A DNA stretch of 41,833 nucleotides. It comes from Promethearchaeota archaeon. GTDB taxonomy: Archaea; Asgardarchaeota; Lokiarchaeia; Sigyniarchaeales; SOKP01. The notes beneath the pieces are model-generated. The model saw nothing but the letters and a program-made list of their open reading frames with translations. It was not told the origin of the DNA and did no database searches. The first letter of the stretch is position 1. Each line of letters begins with the position of its first letter. The position numbers and the translations under genes were made by a program. Shown here in pieces: positions 40,248-41,833 of this stretch. The stretch lies in contig JABCSY010000027.1 of the NCBI GenBank assembly GCA_018238625.1, forward strand, positions 1 to 41,833, in the 5' to 3' direction.

Positions 40248-40658
40248 ATGAAGCGAAGAGATCAATATATCCGAAAATTAGAATTTATCGCAGATAAAAT
40301 TACTGTCTTACCTGAAAATGTAAAAGACAATATATTTTTGATGGATGCATTATTTTACAGGCTGCAAGTTTCTATTGATGCTGCTATAGATATTATTGCC
40401 ATGCTGAGTAAAGATCTAGGAATTACAGTGAAAGATGATTATTCAAATATTGATGAGTTGGAGAATCTCTACATATTTCCAGGAGACTTTCTCAATGAAA
40501 TCCGTCGTCTAAATGGTTTAAGAAATGTTTTGGTTCATAGATATAATAAAATTGAAGAAGAATTAATTGTTTCAGAAAGGGATCATTTTGTAGAAGTTTT
40601 GAAAGAATTTATTAAAATTGTGGAGAAATTGATTAATGAACAGCTTAAATTACCTTGA
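40248..40658 (+). CDS. HepT-like (DUF86) HEPN ribonuclease toxin
   Basis: GLRNVLVHRY, an Rx4HxY motif. Confidence 0.92.
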   Translation: MKRRDQYIRKLEFIADKITVLPENVKDNIFLMDALFYRLQVSIDAAIDIIAMLSKDLGITVKDDYSNIDELENLYIFPGDFLNEIRRLNGLRNVLVHRYNKIEEELIVSERDHFVEVLKEFIKIVEKLINEQLKLP

Positions 40659-41058
40659 TGATTTACGGATTGATCTAAAAAAACTAAAAAAATTTCAAGC
40701 TGTAATTTATGGAAGTATTCTTTCTGAATATTATATTCCACAAAAATCTGATATCGACATTGCTATTGTAACTCAAAATAGAGATAATAAGAAAAATATA
40801 TTTACTTTGAGAAATCTCGCAGGAGAAGTTAGCAATAAATATGATATAAAAATTTTTGAATTACTACCTTTGTACTTAAAAATAGAAATTATCGACAATT
40901 ACCAAGTGCTTTTCGGTAATCCTCTTGACATTTCAGAATATTTCTATCAATATCGCTCAATTTGGAAAGACATGACCCATAGAGTCGAAGCTAATCGCTT
41001 CAAAAATATAAGTGAAAAATTAGAGCTGCTAGAGAGAAGAATAGAACGTATTCAATAA
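40636..41058 (+). CDS. MNT nucleotidyltransferase antitoxin
   Basis: IYGS..SDIDI, YDIKIFELLPLYLK; overlaps the toxin gene. Confidence 0.88.
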   Translation: MNSLNYLDDLRIDLKKLKKFQAVIYGSILSEYYIPQKSDIDIAIVTQNRDNKKNIFTLRNLAGEVSNKYDIKIFELLPLYLKIEIIDNYQVLFGNPLDISEYFYQYRSIWKDMTHRVEANRFKNISEKLELLERRIERIQ

Positions 41059-41104
41059 AAAACTTTTTTCCAAAAGAATTTAAGAAAAGAAAAAAGAAGT
41101 TAAA

Positions 41105-41221
41105 TTAGGATTTCACGCGTTTTCTGATAAGTAGAACGGATATTATGCTGAGAATTCATAATAAAAGGTAAAGATCGTAACCTTGTATGCTTGGTGGCGG
41201 TTCTTCGGGTAAAGAATCTAA
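41105..41221 (-). pseudogene. Orphan surface-protein C-terminus (Loki-CTERM-like tail), copy 2, with internal stop
   Basis: LDSLPEEPPPSIQGYDLYLLL*ILSIISVLLIRKRVKS*; TGA at 41156-41158 where copy 1 has GGA. Confidence 0.8.
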
Positions 41222-41277
41222 CCCTTACTCATAATAGTATTACGGCAAATAGCCTATTTTATCTGTTTTTGGATGAA

Positions 41278-41610
41278 TTAAATCCTTAATTTTCCAAATA
41301 GGAAGAATAAGAGAAGAGTTAACGTGATAAAAATCGGGAAACTGATCAAAGATAGGAAAATTATCGCAATTATGACGTAATAGTCAGCAGAGCTAATTGC
41401 CTGAAGAAAAAGATCACCGATCCCATCAAAGCTAAACATTATTTCGGTTTGAATTAAGAATGCTAATACTATTCCGTAACTAAGTCCAACCAATAATTTG
41501 AACACTCTGGTGGAACGCCTTTCTGAAGTTTCTTTTGATAAATTTATAAGATACATGCGTACTAATAAAGTTGTTATTGCTGTAAGTTTTTCAACAAATT
41601 AAACATCCAT
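41278..41610 (-). pseudogene. Small membrane protein, probably 5'-disrupted
   Basis: The 92-aa hydrophobic ORF extends upstream in frame to ATG 41610 through one TAA (MDV*FVEKLTAITTLLVRMYL..). Confidence 0.45.
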
Positions 41611-41618
41611 TTTCGTAC

Positions 41619-41644
41619 ACTCGAAAAATTTAAATATTTCGAGT
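41619..41644. promoter_or_regulatory. 26-bp palindrome centred on a TATA box; candidate autoregulatory operator
   Basis: actcgaaaaattt|aaatatttcgagt, 12 of 13 pairs; tttaaata lies about 25 bp before ATG 41660. Confidence 0.6.
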
Positions 41645-41659
41645 ATATTATTATTTATA

Positions 41660-41833
41660 ATGATAACTAACACTGATACCATAATTTTGAAGGTTGGTTC
41701 TAAAGGAGAAATCTTTCCCCCCAAAGAAATTCGAGAAAAACTTGGATTTAAACCGAATCAGCCAATATTATTATACATTCATCAAGATCAACTAATTGTG
41801 AGAAAAATCTACTCCATAGAGGAGATATTAAAT
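41660..41833 (+). CDS. AbrB/MazE-family antitoxin, 3'-truncated by the window edge
   Basis: MITNTDTIILKVGSKGEIFPPKEIREKLGFKPNQPILLYIHQDQLIVRKI..; not in the ORF track. Confidence 0.85.
   Translation, partial: MITNTDTIILKVGSKGEIFPPKEIREKLGFKPNQPILLYIHQDQLIVRKIYSIEEILN

Noticed and set aside
41156-41158. Selenocysteine TGA
   Set aside because: It aligns with a Gly (GGA) in the TM segment of copy 1, not a Cys, within a remnant lacking a gene body.
41581-41593. 13-bp match (tgtaagtttttca) to the first repeat at 8601
   Set aside because: A single AT-rich match 33 kb away inside a probable coding remnant is plausibly chance.
39936-41660. Integron attC sites or IS ends between the TA modules
   Set aside because: I could not find paired RYYYAAC/GTTRRRY boxes, terminal inverted repeats, an integrase or a transposase by eye; a covariance-model search would be needed to exclude them.

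Overview
AT-rich archaeal chromosomal window, most consistent with an Asgard archaeon of the Lokiarchaeia type. This is inferred from the IPGY-TM-basic (Loki-CTERM-like) sorting tails, a tandem roadblock protein, a longin/DENN-like protein, three clustered MPN/JAMM proteins, a SIR2-TPR protein, GGTGA/GAGGTG Shine-Dalgarno motifs and frequent TTG starts. The left part is metabolic and housekeeping: CBS plus NIL-ferredoxin pair, HdrBC, esterase, VTT, GDPD, PAP2, MBL, HisJ, NTP-transferase and ATP-grasp genes. The top finding is in the ChlI/ChlD-like AAA+-vWA gene, which the ORF track splits in two. It is interrupted by a 32-nt insertion (23900-23931, minus strand) that folds into a relaxed bulge-helix-bulge motif. 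Cutting after the second nucleotide of each bulge restores the conserved NPEEGELRPQ motif and one 736-aa ORF, making this a candidate tRNA-endonuclease-type intron in an Asgard mRNA. The right end is an accessory region: three complete toxin-antitoxin pairs plus a fourth, truncated antitoxin alternate with one intact large surface-protein gene and two orphan copies of a surface-protein C-terminal sorting tail. No rRNA, tRNA, CRISPR array or transposase was recognised. All calls come from reading the sequence by eye; no database search was run.
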